Source: Acidimicrobiia bacterium
GTDB taxonomy: Bacteria > Actinomycetota > Acidimicrobiia > Spongiisociales > ZC4RG35
Direction: 5' to 3'
NCBI GenBank assembly: GCA_965203555.1
Contig: CBDBCY010000004.1
Span: 256,001-320,000, forward strand
Length of the DNA: 64,000 nucleotides
In this document: piece after piece, positions 30,544 to 42,691 of the stretch
How the letters are laid out: every line of letters starts with the position of its first letter
How positions within the stretch are numbered: position 1 is the first letter of the stretch
The notes under the pieces: model-generated
Seen by the model: the letters and a program-made list of their open reading frames with translations, nothing else
Database searches by the model: none
Told to the model about the DNA's origin: nothing
Position numbers and translations under genes: made by a program

Positions 30544-30863
30544 CCGCCTAACAAGGTCTATTCGCGTCTCAGGCATCACCTAATGACGATGACCGGCACG
30601 GCCTACACCATCCGCCAACACGCAACCGGTACAGCCCATCGGAAGAAGAGTCAGGCAGAAGCGCTGGGGTGAGGCGTTCGAGGTTGTCGAAGGGGGAACC
30701 GTTCGTAACGTTGGGAGCAATGGCCGCGGGCGGTCCCACTGGCGACATGGTAGGAGCGATATGGGGGTGGGCGTTTCTGGCACTGTCGCAGGTGGGGGAG
30801 CGACGGCGAGGGCGGGTTCACGATGGAGTGGCTATGTATGCGCCACAGGCGTTCTCGTCTACT

Positions 30864-30947
30864 GGCGACTTTTGTACACCACCTAATTCCAGCGAGGCCT
30901 CAACCTCTAACCAAGGACCCCCTCCCTAACCCTGCTCCCCACAAATA
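30864..30947 (-). repeat. tRNA-downstream conserved ~85-bp element, copy A
   Basis: Near-identical to the reverse complement of 47197-47282. Confidence 0.9.
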
Positions 30948-31075
30948 CGCGCAACCTCCATTTTGGGGTTGCGTCAAAGGTCGGGATGCTTCGGTTGGAA
31001 GTATAGGAAGTAACAAGCCTGTGACCTGGGGTTTTGGACCGTTCTGAAACGTCAGGAGACGGCAGGAAACATCGG

Positions 31076-31160
31076 TGCCGGGAGCGGGATTCGAACCCGC
31101 ACGGAGTTGCCCCCAATGGATTTTGAGTCCATCGCGTCTGCCAGATTTCGCCATCCCGGC
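31076..31160 (-). tRNA. tRNA-Leu(CAA)
   Basis: GCCGGGA acceptor, ATGGA-CTCAAAA-TCCAT anticodon arm, long variable arm, GGTTCGAATCC T-arm. Confidence 0.96.
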
Positions 31161-31674
31161 TGTCCAGGTTGATTGTAGGCAGAATCGGGGAAAGGAGTGT
31201 TCGAGGTTTGACCTACCGAACGTTCTGTACTCAACGCGTCCCTGCTCGATCAATTCGGCATCGCTTCCGGGGCGCCGCCGCCCCGGGCACACCTTATCCC
31301 TTCGGGTTTCCCCTCCCGACCCGCCGCCGCCTCCTGGTCGATGTGGCTCTGGATCGGGCAGGGTAACCCGAACCGAGGATTGGTCGTCGGCTAGATGCTC
31401 CTCCTGGCGGGCCGTCGAGGCCGGCACCTGTGGAGGAGACTTGTGATGATCGTTTGCGTCCGGACGGCAAGCGATGTTTGTGCTGGTAATCATCATGGGG
31501 TCGCAAGTGTGACACTTCGAACATGGCCTCCAAGGATTGGCTCTCGGCAATTGAAGATTTCCCGGCCGGTGGCCGCGGCATCTTGGTGGCCGGTGCCAGC
31601 GAACCTGATCCGTCCTGTCGGCGCGCGGGCCTTCGCAGCGCTGGCGGGCATTGCCTCCGATATGCTCAATCGGA

Positions 31675-31974
31675 ATGGGGAACAGGCGCCTGTCGAAGAA
31701 GTTGTTCGTGGTGAATAATCGTCTCTTGCATCTGGAGCAGGAGGAGACTCAAATCTCCGCCGAACTGGACTACCACCGCCACCTGGCTGATGACGCGGTC
31801 CGGGACGCGGCCGTGTTCGACTCCGAACTGCACCGCAACGCGGCCGATCGGGCGCTGGCCGATGTCGACCGGTTCGAGAGGGCCCTGACAGAGATCGACT
31901 ACCGGCGGGAGGTTCTGCGGGCAAAGCGAGACCGGTTGTTGGATCGCATGGACTCCTTCGAGGACCTGTACTGA
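31675..31974 (+). CDS. hypothetical coiled-coil protein coupled to polA
   Basis: Heptad-rich ORF with a TGATG overlap into polA. Confidence 0.7.
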   Translation: MGNRRLSKKLFVVNNRLLHLEQEETQISAELDYHRHLADDAVRDAAVFDSELHRNAADRALADVDRFERALTEIDYRREVLRAKRDRLLDRMDSFEDLY

Positions 31975-34592
31975 TGTCCACACTGGCGCTGATCGACGGG
32001 CATTCGATCGCCTACCGGGCCTTTTACGCTCTGCCGAAAGACCTGGCCACGTCCTCGGGACAGGTGACCAACGCGGTGTTCGGTTTCACCCGCATGCTCA
32101 TCAGATTGCTGGCCGACGAGAATCCCGAAGCTCTGGCGGTGGTCTGGGATGTTTCCCGCCAGACCTTCCGCACGGAACTGTTTCCCTCCTACAAAGCCCA
32201 ACGGTCCCGTACTCCCGATCTCCTCACCCCGCAGTTTTCCCTGCTGCAGGACTTTTTGGAGGCCCTGGAAGTGCCCCAACTCCGCAAGGAGGGTTTCGAG
32301 GCTGACGATGTGATCGCTTCTCTGGCGGGACGGGCCACCGCCGGGGGATGGGAGGTGCTGGCTGTCACCGGTGACCGGGACGTGTTCCAGTTGGTGGACG
32401 AGCACTTCCGGGTTCTGTACACCCGTCGAGGGGTCAGCGACACGGTGAAGGTGACGCCCGAGTGGGTGGAGAAACGTTATTCGGTGCCTGCATCGCGATA
32501 TGTGGAGGTGGCGGCTCTGCGAGGAGACAATTCCGACAACCTGCCGGGGGTCCCGGGAGTGGGGGAGAAAACCGCCGCCAAGTTGATCAAGCAGTACGGG
32601 GCGGTGGAGGAGGTCTTCGAAAACCTCGATGAACTGACCCCGAGGCTTCGCTCCAACCTTTCCCGGAACCGGGCGCAGGTGCTGCTCAACAAGCAACTGA
32701 TCACGCTGCGCCGGGACGTGGAGCTGGAAGTGGAGATCCCCGAACTGGTACGCCGGGCCTGGGACGTCGAACGGGTCCGTGAACTGGTCACCTCGCTGGA
32801 ATTCTTCAGTCTCTGGTCCGATCTTCAAAACGTGCGGGTGGGGGGATCCGAGCCCGAAGTGGGCAGGCCCGAGGTGGAGACCCGGGTCCTGAGGACGGAC
32901 CAGGCGGTGGAGGCTCTGGGCGATCTCGATCACCTCTACCTGGAGATGGTGCGTGACGAGCACTTCCTGGGGTTGGCCGTGCGGGAAGGAGAAGACCGGG
33001 TCGCCCTGATCCCCGAGGACCTCCTGCACGCCATGGAGGGTATGCTGGCCGATCCGCGACTTCCCAAGACAACCCACGACGCCAAGCCCCTGATCCGCTG
33101 GCTGCGATCCCGGGGACTGGAGTTGGAGGGCCTGGAGTTTGACACGGCCCTGGCCGCCTATGTGGTCAACCCGGCCACCGGGCGGTACCAACTCGATGAG
33201 TTGGCCGAGCGGATGGTCGGCTTCTCGCTCACCGAGGACGTGCGGGAAGGGGATCGTCCCGCCCAGGGCAGCCTGGTGTTCGACCCGGGGCCCCGGTTCG
33301 AGCAGATCGGCCTGCGAGTGGAAGCCATCGCCCGGCTGGTGGATCCCCTGCGCTCCGAATTGGAGGAGCGGGAAGAAATGGAACTCTTCACCGAGGTGGA
33401 GCTTCCCCTGGTGGCGGTGCTGGCGGAGATGGAGGATGCCGGAATCGGCGTCGACCGTGAATACCTGTTGGAATTGAGCGGGAGACTGAGAGCGAACATA
33501 AAAAGACTGGAGGAGGGCATCTTCGAGTTTGCAGGGGGAGAATTCAACGTCAACTCCACCCTGCAGTTGCGGGAGGTGCTGTTCGGAACACTCGGCCTTC
33601 CGGTGATCAAGAAAACGGCCACCGGCAAACCCTCCACCGACGCCTCGGTGCTGGGCAAACTGCAACACCCCATGGTGGATCTGCTACTGGAGTTCCGGCA
33701 ACTGGAGAAGATCCGTTCATCCCACGTGGACGGTTACGTCTCGCTGATAGACGCCGATGGGCGGATTCATACCCGGTTCAACCAGATGGGCACCTCCACC
33801 GGTCGGGTTTCCTCGGAGAACCCCAACCTTCAGACCATTCCGATCCGCACCGAAGTGGGACGGACGGTGCGGCGGGCGTTTGTTGCGGCGCCGGGGCATT
33901 TGTTACTGGTGGCCGACTATTCGCAGATCGAACTGAGGGTGCTGTCGCACATGAGCCGGGATCCGCAGTTGGTGGAAGCCTTCTGGGCGGATGTGGACAT
34001 CCACACCGCCACCGCCGCCCGGGTATTCGACGTCGACTTCTCCGGCGTTACGGCCGACATGCGGAGACGGGCCAAGACCATCAACTTCGGTCTCCTGTAC
34101 GGCATGGAGGCATTCGGGCTGTCCCAGCGGCTGAACATCTCCCGGGAAGAGGCCGCCGAGCACATCGAGGCGTATTTTGCCCAGTTCCCGGCAGTCAAGT
34201 CATTCATGGACGGAATGGTGCTCGAAGCCCGCCGCAAGGGATACACCACCACGCTTTTCAAACGGCGCCGCTATCTGCCCGAATTGCGAAGCGACAATTT
34301 CCGGATCCGGCAGATGGGCGAACGGATGGCCCTGAACGCACCCGTACAGGGAACTGCGGCGGACATCATCAAGAAGGCGATGATCAGGCTCTCTCCTCAG
34401 CTTGGGGAGGTGAGTCCCGCCTGTCGGCTGCTGCTTCAGATCCACGATGAACTGGTCATAGAGACACCGGAGGAAGACCTTGCCGATGTGGCGGCTCTGA
34501 CGGTGGCGGTAATGGAGGGTGTGGCGGAACTGGCGGTACCGCTCAAAGTGGATGTAGCATCAGGGAGAAATCTGGGGGAATGCAAGGGCTGA
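31974..34592 (+). CDS. polA: DNA polymerase I
   Basis: IDGHSIAYRAFYA 5'-exonuclease, EADD, ADYSQIELR, KTINFGLLYG and QIHDEL motifs. Confidence 0.98.
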   Translation: MSTLALIDGHSIAYRAFYALPKDLATSSGQVTNAVFGFTRMLIRLLADENPEALAVVWDVSRQTFRTELFPSYKAQRSRTPDLLTPQFSLLQDFLEALEVPQLRKEGFEADDVIASLAGRATAGGWEVLAVTGDRDVFQLVDEHFRVLYTRRGVSDTVKVTPEWVEKRYSVPASRYVEVAALRGDNSDNLPGVPGVGEKTAAKLIKQYGAVEEVFENLDELTPRLRSNLSRNRAQVLLNKQLITLRRDVELEVEIPELVRRAWDVERVRELVTSLEFFSLWSDLQNVRVGGSEPEVGRPEVETRVLRTDQAVEALGDLDHLYLEMVRDEHFLGLAVREGEDRVALIPEDLLHAMEGMLADPRLPKTTHDAKPLIRWLRSRGLELEGLEFDTALAAYVVNPATGRYQLDELAERMVGFSLTEDVREGDRPAQGSLVFDPGPRFEQIGLRVEAIARLVDPLRSELEEREEMELFTEVELPLVAVLAEMEDAGIGVDREYLLELSGRLRANIKRLEEGIFEFAGGEFNVNSTLQLREVLFGTLGLPVIKKTATGKPSTDASVLGKLQHPMVDLLLEFRQLEKIRSSHVDGYVSLIDADGRIHTRFNQMGTSTGRVSSENPNLQTIPIRTEVGRTVRRAFVAAPGHLLLVADYSQIELRVLSHMSRDPQLVEAFWADVDIHTATAARVFDVDFSGVTADMRRRAKTINFGLLYGMEAFGLSQRLNISREEAAEHIEAYFAQFPAVKSFMDGMVLEARRKGYTTTLFKRRRYLPELRSDNFRIRQMGERMALNAPVQGTAADIIKKAMIRLSPQLGEVSPACRLLLQIHDELVIETPEEDLADVAALTVAVMEGVAELAVPLKVDVASGRNLGECKG

Positions 34593-34707
34593 GGCATTTG
34601 CGGACCCGTTTTAATTTGCGGGCGGCAGTTGGCTGTGCCAAACTAAATAGTATTCCAGCGGTGTTTCCCGCGCCTTTGTATCAGAAAGGACTTATCCCTA
34701 CCCACTA

Positions 34708-36078
34708 ATGAACGAAGAAAATATAGACCTGCCCGTCGAGGAGGCGGCGGCGCCGGGTTCGACTCTGACTGCGGTCTTGGAGGAAGAGCCGAAGGCGGAA
34801 GTCCTCACCACGGAAAGTGGCGATTCCGATGATTCAGACGATAAAGCCGAATTGCTGGATGATGAAGCCATATTCGAACAGGCCCTGGGACGCAACATCA
34901 GGGTTTTCAAGGAGAACGAGTTGGTGGAGGGAACAGTTGTCAGCGTCGACATCGAAGGAGCGTTGGTCGACATCGGTTTCAAATCAGAGGGTTTGATACC
35001 GGCCAACGAGCTTTCCATCAGAAAGAATGTCGATCCCCGCAAAGTGGTGTCGGTGGGAGACAGAGTGGAGGGGATAGTGCTCACTCGCGAGGACGAGAAC
35101 GGCCGTCCCATCCTCTCCAAGAAGCGGGCTCAGTACAAGCGCGCCTGGAGCAAGGTGGAAGAGATCCACAAGAACGGCAAGTCCGTCAAAGGGACTGTCA
35201 TCGAGGTGGTCAAGGGGGGTCTCATCGTGGATATAGGGCTTCGAGGTTTCCTCCCGGCCTCGCTGGTCGGGTTGCGCAGGGTGTGCAACCTGCATCCCTT
35301 TGTGAACACCGACATAGAAGCCAAAGTCATCGAACTCGACCGCCAGCGTAACAACGTGGTCCTGTCCAGGCGGGCCTTCCTCGAAGAGGAGCAGGCGGAA
35401 GAGCGGGACAACTTCATGAACCAATTGGTGGAGGGTGAAACCCGCGAGGGGACCGTGTCTTCGGTGGTGCCTTTCGGCGCCTTTGTCGATCTGGGCAAGA
35501 TGGACGGATTGGTCCATGTCTCCGAACTGGCCTGGACCCACATCAGCCACCCGTCGGAGGTGGTGGAGGTGGGCGCCACGGTGACGGTCAAGGTGCTGGA
35601 GGTCGACCGGGAGCGTGAGCGTATCTCGCTGTCGATGCGCCAGACCCTCGAAGACCCGTGGTCGGTGTTCTCCCAGGCTCACGAGGTGGGAAACATCATC
35701 GAGGGCAAGGTCACCAAGACGGTGCCGTTCGGAGCTTTCGTCGCCATCGCCGACGGGGTGGAAGGGTTGGTGCATGTGTCGGAGATCGCCATGCACCGGG
35801 TGGAATCTCCCGAGATGGAGCTTTCCATCGGCCAGGTGATCAGAGTCAAGATCACCGAGTTGGACACCAACCGCCGGCGGGTGAGCCTGTCGGTGAAGCA
35901 GGCCCTTCCCGAATGGAAGACTCGCAAGCAAAAAGCCCGAACGTCCCGTCCCCGCCGTGAAGAACGGCCCCGTCCGGTCAGGGAGAAGCCCGAGAAGGAG
36001 CGCCGGGCGGTCAGGGTGGATTCTTCGCTGGAAGCGATTCTGGAAGAGCTCAAGAAACGGGGGATCGGGGGGAGATAG
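34708..36078 (+). CDS. rpsA: 30S ribosomal protein S1
   Basis: Four S1 repeats (VDIGFKSEG, FGAFVDLG..DGLVHVSE). Confidence 0.97.
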   Translation: MNEENIDLPVEEAAAPGSTLTAVLEEEPKAEVLTTESGDSDDSDDKAELLDDEAIFEQALGRNIRVFKENELVEGTVVSVDIEGALVDIGFKSEGLIPANELSIRKNVDPRKVVSVGDRVEGIVLTREDENGRPILSKKRAQYKRAWSKVEEIHKNGKSVKGTVIEVVKGGLIVDIGLRGFLPASLVGLRRVCNLHPFVNTDIEAKVIELDRQRNNVVLSRRAFLEEEQAEERDNFMNQLVEGETREGTVSSVVPFGAFVDLGKMDGLVHVSELAWTHISHPSEVVEVGATVTVKVLEVDRERERISLSMRQTLEDPWSVFSQAHEVGNIIEGKVTKTVPFGAFVAIADGVEGLVHVSEIAMHRVESPEMELSIGQVIRVKITELDTNRRRVSLSVKQALPEWKTRKQKARTSRPRREERPRPVREKPEKERRAVRVDSSLEAILEELKKRGIGGR

Positions 36079-36100
36079 TCCTCCCCGGCCCGGCGGCAAG

Positions 36101-36691
36101 ATGAGCCGAACTCCCCCCCGGGTGGTGGTAACCGGCGCAATAGGGTCCGGCAAGAGCCTGCTCTGCTCCCTTCTCTCCGATTTGGGCGTGGTCGTCGTCG
36201 ATGCCGACCGTCTGGGTCACGCGGTGCTGGAGCCCGACGGTGAAGCCTTCCGACAGGTGTGCGAGCGTTGGCCGCAGGTGGTGTCGAAGGGCAGGATCGT
36301 CAGGTCCCGCCTGGGCGAGATCGTCTTTTCCGACCCGGCGCAACTCTCCGAACTGGTGGCGGTCACCCACCCTCACATCCGGTCGAGGATGATGGCAGAG
36401 GTCGACCGATATCCGAGCCGCCCGGTGGCGGTGGAGATCTCGGCGCCGTCGGAGAAGGTCCTGCCTGCGTGGCCGGTGCTGGTGGTGGACGCCGATCCCG
36501 TGACTGTTCACGGGCGTTTGCTGGGACGGGGAATGAGCGAGACCGATATCGCCGCAAGGAAAGCATCCCAGCGTTCCCGCCGGGAGTGGCTCGACATGGC
36601 CGATCAGGTGGTCCGCAATGACTCTGACGTGGTTGCATTGGCCAAACAGGCGCGCAGCGTTGCTCAAAGAATGGGCCTGTTGTCCCAGTAG
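36101..36691 (+). CDS. coaE: dephospho-CoA kinase
   Basis: [16 protein letters not shown] and THPHIR motifs; rpsA-coaE-uvrB synteny. Confidence 0.93.
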   Translation: MSRTPPRVVVTGAIGSGKSLLCSLLSDLGVVVVDADRLGHAVLEPDGEAFRQVCERWPQVVSKGRIVRSRLGEIVFSDPAQLSELVAVTHPHIRSRMMAEVDRYPSRPVAVEISAPSEKVLPAWPVLVVDADPVTVHGRLLGRGMSETDIAARKASQRSRREWLDMADQVVRNDSDVVALAKQARSVAQRMGLLSQ

Positions 36692-36713
36692 TCCGATACG
36701 ATTCGGCCCAAGC

Positions 36714-38723
<2,010 letters not shown>

Positions 38724-38807
38724 AAACAACTCTTAGGTGAGTTCGCTATTGGAATCTGACCCGATAGCAGTCCCGGATAGATAGCCTCGAAAAGCCGCAA
38801 TAGCCCG

Positions 38808-39083
38808 TTGTCACAGCAGGGAACTACAATGACAGACGTGTGGTTTATGAATCTTGGCCTGCGGTGCTTGCGGATGGCTGGTATCTCGTTTCTCTACGGA
38901 GTAGCGATCATTGCAGGTTTGTGGGTCTTGTGGATATTGTTCAAGAGATCGCTCAATCCCCTCTTTGCACCACTGGGTATTGATCTACACAGCCTTGAGT
39001 GGCCTCGATTCCCTACGTGGACAATGGCAGCCGCGATCACAGGGTTAGTAGTGAATACTCTCACTGGCAAATCAACCAGATGA
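38808..39083 (+). CDS. small hypothetical membrane protein (lower GC)
   Basis: Two hydrophobic segments; composition differs from its neighbours. Confidence 0.5.
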   Translation: MSQQGTTMTDVWFMNLGLRCLRMAGISFLYGVAIIAGLWVLWILFKRSLNPLFAPLGIDLHSLEWPRFPTWTMAAAITGLVVNTLTGKSTR

Positions 39084-39131
39084 TGGCCGCATTCGAATTG
39101 ACGTAGGGTCGCCCGAGGTCCTGTTACACCT

Positions 39132-40373
39132 TCAGGATGTTTCGAGCCTCCCTTCGGTGTCCTTGTAGACCCGGCCGCCTTTGATCACGGCCACGATCCG
39201 GTCGGGGTCGGCGAACAGTTCGATCTCATCCAGCGGTTTGCCTTCCACCAGGATGAGGTCGGCGTCCTTGCCCACCTCCACGGTGCCGATGCGGTCTTCC
39301 ATGTAGAACAGGTCGGCGTTGCCGGTGGTGGCGGTGGCGATGGCCTCGGCCGAACTCATGTACCTGGCCTTGTTGAGTAATTCTCTACCACGCTTGTCCT
39401 GGAGAGGGCCGACTATGTCGGAGCCCGAGCCCACCTTGACACCGGTCTCGCTCATGATCTCGATGCTGCGGTTCACCTCCGCCTTCACTGCTTTGAGTTT
39501 GGTGATCTGTGCCGGTGTCAGTCTTGCCGCTTCCGGGTCGGCCAGCAGGTCGTATTTGACCGACAGGGTCACCACCGCGAAGGCGTCTGAGTCAACGATC
39601 CGCTGAGCGGCGTCCTCGTCGAGAATGCTGGCGTGCTCGATCGAGCGGATGCCTGCCGACAATGCCCGGCGGATGGCGTCGGAGGTGTGGCAATGAGCCA
39701 GCACGTAGGTGTGCCAATCGGCCGCCGCCTCCACTGCCGCCCGAAGTTCGTCGTAACTGAACTGGAGGCTGTCGAACGGGTCGGTGGGGGAGAGGACCCC
39801 GCCGGAGCTGAACACCTTCAGTTGGGTGGCGCCCTTGCGCAGTTGCTCACGGGCCGCCCGGCGCACCTCGTCGACACCGTCCACTATCTCGGGAGTGGCC
39901 GAAAGTCCGGGAATGCTGCCCCGGGGATGCACGATGTGATGAGCGGGGCGCAGGTCGCCATGGCCGCCGGTCTGAGACAGCACCGAACCCGAGGGCAGTA
40001 TCCTGGGGCCGTCTATCACGCCCTGTTCCACCAGCCGCGCCCAATGGGGATCCAGACCTCCCGCGTCCCGGACGGTGGTAAAACCCTCCTGGAGGGTGTT
40101 CTCGATCACCCGCCGAACGGTGAACACGTAATCGATCCAGGGCAGGTCGCCGATCCCGCCCGCCGGGTCGACCAGACCCATGTGGACGTGGGCGTCGGTC
40201 AGCCCGGGCATCAGGGTCAGCCCGGTGGCGTCGATCACCTGGTCGGGGGAACTGGCCGCGCCGGCGCCGATGCCGCTGATAACTGAACCGGAGATCGCCA
40301 CATCCATGCTCGCCCGGGGGTCGGCGCCGGTGCAGTCCAGCAGTTCTGCGTTTCGTATTGCAAGGCTGGTCAT
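39132..40373 (-). CDS. metal-dependent amidohydrolase (prolidase/Xaa-Pro dipeptidase-like subgroup)
   Basis: PGLTDAHVH, GFTTVRDAGG, SQTGGHGD, SIEH and GSD motifs. Confidence 0.9.
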   Translation of the reverse strand: MTSLAIRNAELLDCTGADPRASMDVAISGSVISGIGAGAASSPDQVIDATGLTLMPGLTDAHVHMGLVDPAGGIGDLPWIDYVFTVRRVIENTLQEGFTTVRDAGGLDPHWARLVEQGVIDGPRILPSGSVLSQTGGHGDLRPAHHIVHPRGSIPGLSATPEIVDGVDEVRRAAREQLRKGATQLKVFSSGGVLSPTDPFDSLQFSYDELRAAVEAAADWHTYVLAHCHTSDAIRRALSAGIRSIEHASILDEDAAQRIVDSDAFAVVTLSVKYDLLADPEAARLTPAQITKLKAVKAEVNRSIEIMSETGVKVGSGSDIVGPLQDKRGRELLNKARYMSSAEAIATATTGNADLFYMEDRIGTVEVGKDADLILVEGKPLDEIELFADPDRIVAVIKGGRVYKDTEGRLETS

Positions 40374-41422
40374 CGGTCGCTTCCTTCCCGGTAGTCGAGT
40401 TGCAACTCGGGGATGACAAAGTTCCCCCGGTCGATGATCTGTTTGTCGTCGACCCAGATCGAGTGGTTGCGGGTGGGAATGTCAAAGTGGAAGGGCACCC
40501 GGTTTTCCCCGTCGAGGCCCCGCATGAAGTTGGAGCCGAATGCGATCAACATGTTTCCGTAGTAACTCTCCGTGTCCATCACTCCGCCCAATTCCCAAAA
40601 GCGCAACCCCATCGCGTTCCAGTCGGCGCGATGCTCGTATCCCCAGCCGATGTGGGATACCCCGTACGCCCGCTTGTCGCGGGGTAGCTCGAAGTAATCC
40701 TTGGTGAGTCGGGCATCGGCGCCGCCTTCCATCGAGACAATGTTTCCCTCCCGAAGTTCGATGCGGATGGGAGACATGATGTAGCGACCCAGGGGTATCA
40801 GGCAGTCGGCCTCGTCGAGCACGAGCGTTCCTTCCGCCGAGTGCTCCAAGGGGGCCACCGCCACCTGACCCGACGGCCAGTGATCCCAGCGGCCGGGGGT
40901 GTCGGAGTATCCGTACTGGATTCCAACCGGGCGTCCCTCGTAGCTGAGAGTCAGGTCGGTCCCCGCCTCGGATTGGATTCGCAAGGTGGTTCCCTCTTCC
41001 ATCAGCGCCTGACTGACCTCTGCCCGCCGGCGGATTTCGGGGGTGGGGAACATACGCCGGAGGATGTCCTCGGGTTCTTCGATCATCAGGGTGCGCGCTC
41101 CGGCGTCAAGAGCGGCGTTGTGGGCGTCGCTGTAAATCCATCCCGTGGTCACAGTCGCCACCACCAGGTCGGATCCGCTCCAGGCGTCGACGATCGCCCT
41201 CGACTTCATCCACTCCTCGTCACTGGCCACCACGATCTGGAAGAAGTTGGCGCCAAGCACCCGGGCGGCGCCGGCCAGCGCCGTGACGTAGGCTTCATTG
41301 CTCATAGTGTCGGTGAAGCCGAGCACTGTCTCGCCCGGTTGGACATTACACAGCTTCAAATGATCTCGGAAGAGAGGAACCAGTTCCGCTCCGGCTGCCG
41401 CGGTGGTCGGGACTCGACGCAT
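40370..41422 (-). CDS. nicX: 2,5-dihydroxypyridine 5,6-dioxygenase (NicX/Hpo)-like
   Basis: YGYSDTPGRWDHWPSG, SHIGWG and HFDIP (His/His/Asp Fe ligands) typical of NicX. Confidence 0.78.
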   Translation of the reverse strand: MRRVPTTAAAGAELVPLFRDHLKLCNVQPGETVLGFTDTMSNEAYVTALAGAARVLGANFFQIVVASDEEWMKSRAIVDAWSGSDLVVATVTTGWIYSDAHNAALDAGARTLMIEEPEDILRRMFPTPEIRRRAEVSQALMEEGTTLRIQSEAGTDLTLSYEGRPVGIQYGYSDTPGRWDHWPSGQVAVAPLEHSAEGTLVLDEADCLIPLGRYIMSPIRIELREGNIVSMEGGADARLTKDYFELPRDKRAYGVSHIGWGYEHRADWNAMGLRFWELGGVMDTESYYGNMLIAFGSNFMRGLDGENRVPFHFDIPTRNHSIWVDDKQIIDRGNFVIPELQLDYREGSDR

Positions 41423-41511
41423 GGGAATCTCCTTGTTGGGGATGCTCTGCGTATAGTAAAAACGATGTTCACGGCCGTTCGCCTTCACTCCGGTTCTTTC
41501 CCCCTCCGGCC

Positions 41512-42558
41512 ATGAGTCTGCGATTCGGTCTGATCGGCACGGGTGGGGGAGGTCACTTGTTTGCCGGGGCGCTGGCGATGCGGCCAGGCGGCGGCCGGTT
41601 GACGGCTGTTTGTTCCCGCAACCGGGAAAAAGCCACTGCCTTCGGTTCGACCTACGGCGTGACCCAAGTCTTCACCGACTGGCGTCAACTGATCGGGTCT
41701 GGCGGCATAGACGCGGTGTGTCTGGCTTCACCCACCGGCGATCACGCCCCCATGGCCATCGCAGCCGCCGGCCAGGGCTTGCATGTTCTCACCGAGAAGC
41801 CGATGGCCAACACCGTGGCGGACTGTGATCGGATGATCGAAGCCGCCGACCAGATGGGCGTGACGCTGGGATGCATCTACATGTACCGCTTCATGGATAC
41901 GGCCCTTCGGATGAAAGAGGCGGTGACCGGCGGTTTGATCGGGCAGCCCCTGATGGCGGAATGCACCGGATTCTCCTACCGCGACCAGCCCTATTACGAC
42001 TCGGGTGAATGGCGGGGCAAGTGGGAGAGCGAGGGAGGCGGGTCGTTGGTCACCCAGACCAGCCACACGCTCGATCTGATGATCTGGATGCTGGGCGACG
42101 TGGAGGCGGTGGCCGGGTTCTACACCACCTCCCCTCTCCATCGGATCGAGGTGGAGGACCAGACTTTCGGAGTCCTGCGGTTTGCCAACGGCGTGCTGGC
42201 CACCGTGGCGAGTACCACCGCGGCGGTCAATCCCCGGCCGCGCAGCCTCACCATCCGCGGAACCAGGGGAACTGTGGGTCTGGTTGACGATGATCTGGAG
42301 CAATGGGACGTGCCCGGCGGTCCTTCACCCGAGATCGAAGAGTTGATGAGCGCTGCTCCGGTCGACCGGGGGGACACTCTCACCATGTCCGGCTACGCCG
42401 ATCCCACCTTGCACTTCCGCCAGATGGAGGACTTCGTGACGGCGGCGGCCGAGGGAAGGGCGCCGTTGGTGGATGGTCTACAGGGTCGTCGCACCACCGC
42501 CGTGATGGAGGCCCTGTACGAGTCCTCCCGCAGGGGACAGGTGCTGAAGCCGGCGTAA
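41512..42558 (+). CDS. Gfo/Idh/MocA family oxidoreductase
   Basis: GLIGTG, HVLTEKPMA and WRGKWESEGGGSL..HTLD motifs. Confidence 0.92.
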   Translation: MSLRFGLIGTGGGGHLFAGALAMRPGGGRLTAVCSRNREKATAFGSTYGVTQVFTDWRQLIGSGGIDAVCLASPTGDHAPMAIAAAGQGLHVLTEKPMANTVADCDRMIEAADQMGVTLGCIYMYRFMDTALRMKEAVTGGLIGQPLMAECTGFSYRDQPYYDSGEWRGKWESEGGGSLVTQTSHTLDLMIWMLGDVEAVAGFYTTSPLHRIEVEDQTFGVLRFANGVLATVASTTAAVNPRPRSLTIRGTRGTVGLVDDDLEQWDVPGGPSPEIEELMSAAPVDRGDTLTMSGYADPTLHFRQMEDFVTAAAEGRAPLVDGLQGRRTTAVMEALYESSRRGQVLKPA

Positions 42559-42691
42559 CAAGCCTGGTGCAGGCTGTCGCGGTATACAGTCTCCGAATAC
42601 CCTGACACGGGCGAAGAGCAGCACAAACACACCTGGGCGGTGCTCCACGACGGTCTGACATTCGGTTCGGGCCGGTACGAGTAGACCGGTT

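Noticed and set aside
31161-31670. ORFs between tRNA-Leu(CAA) and the polA operon
   Set aside because: Arg/Pro-rich frames with no motif, one running through the tRNA; most likely a divergent promoter region.
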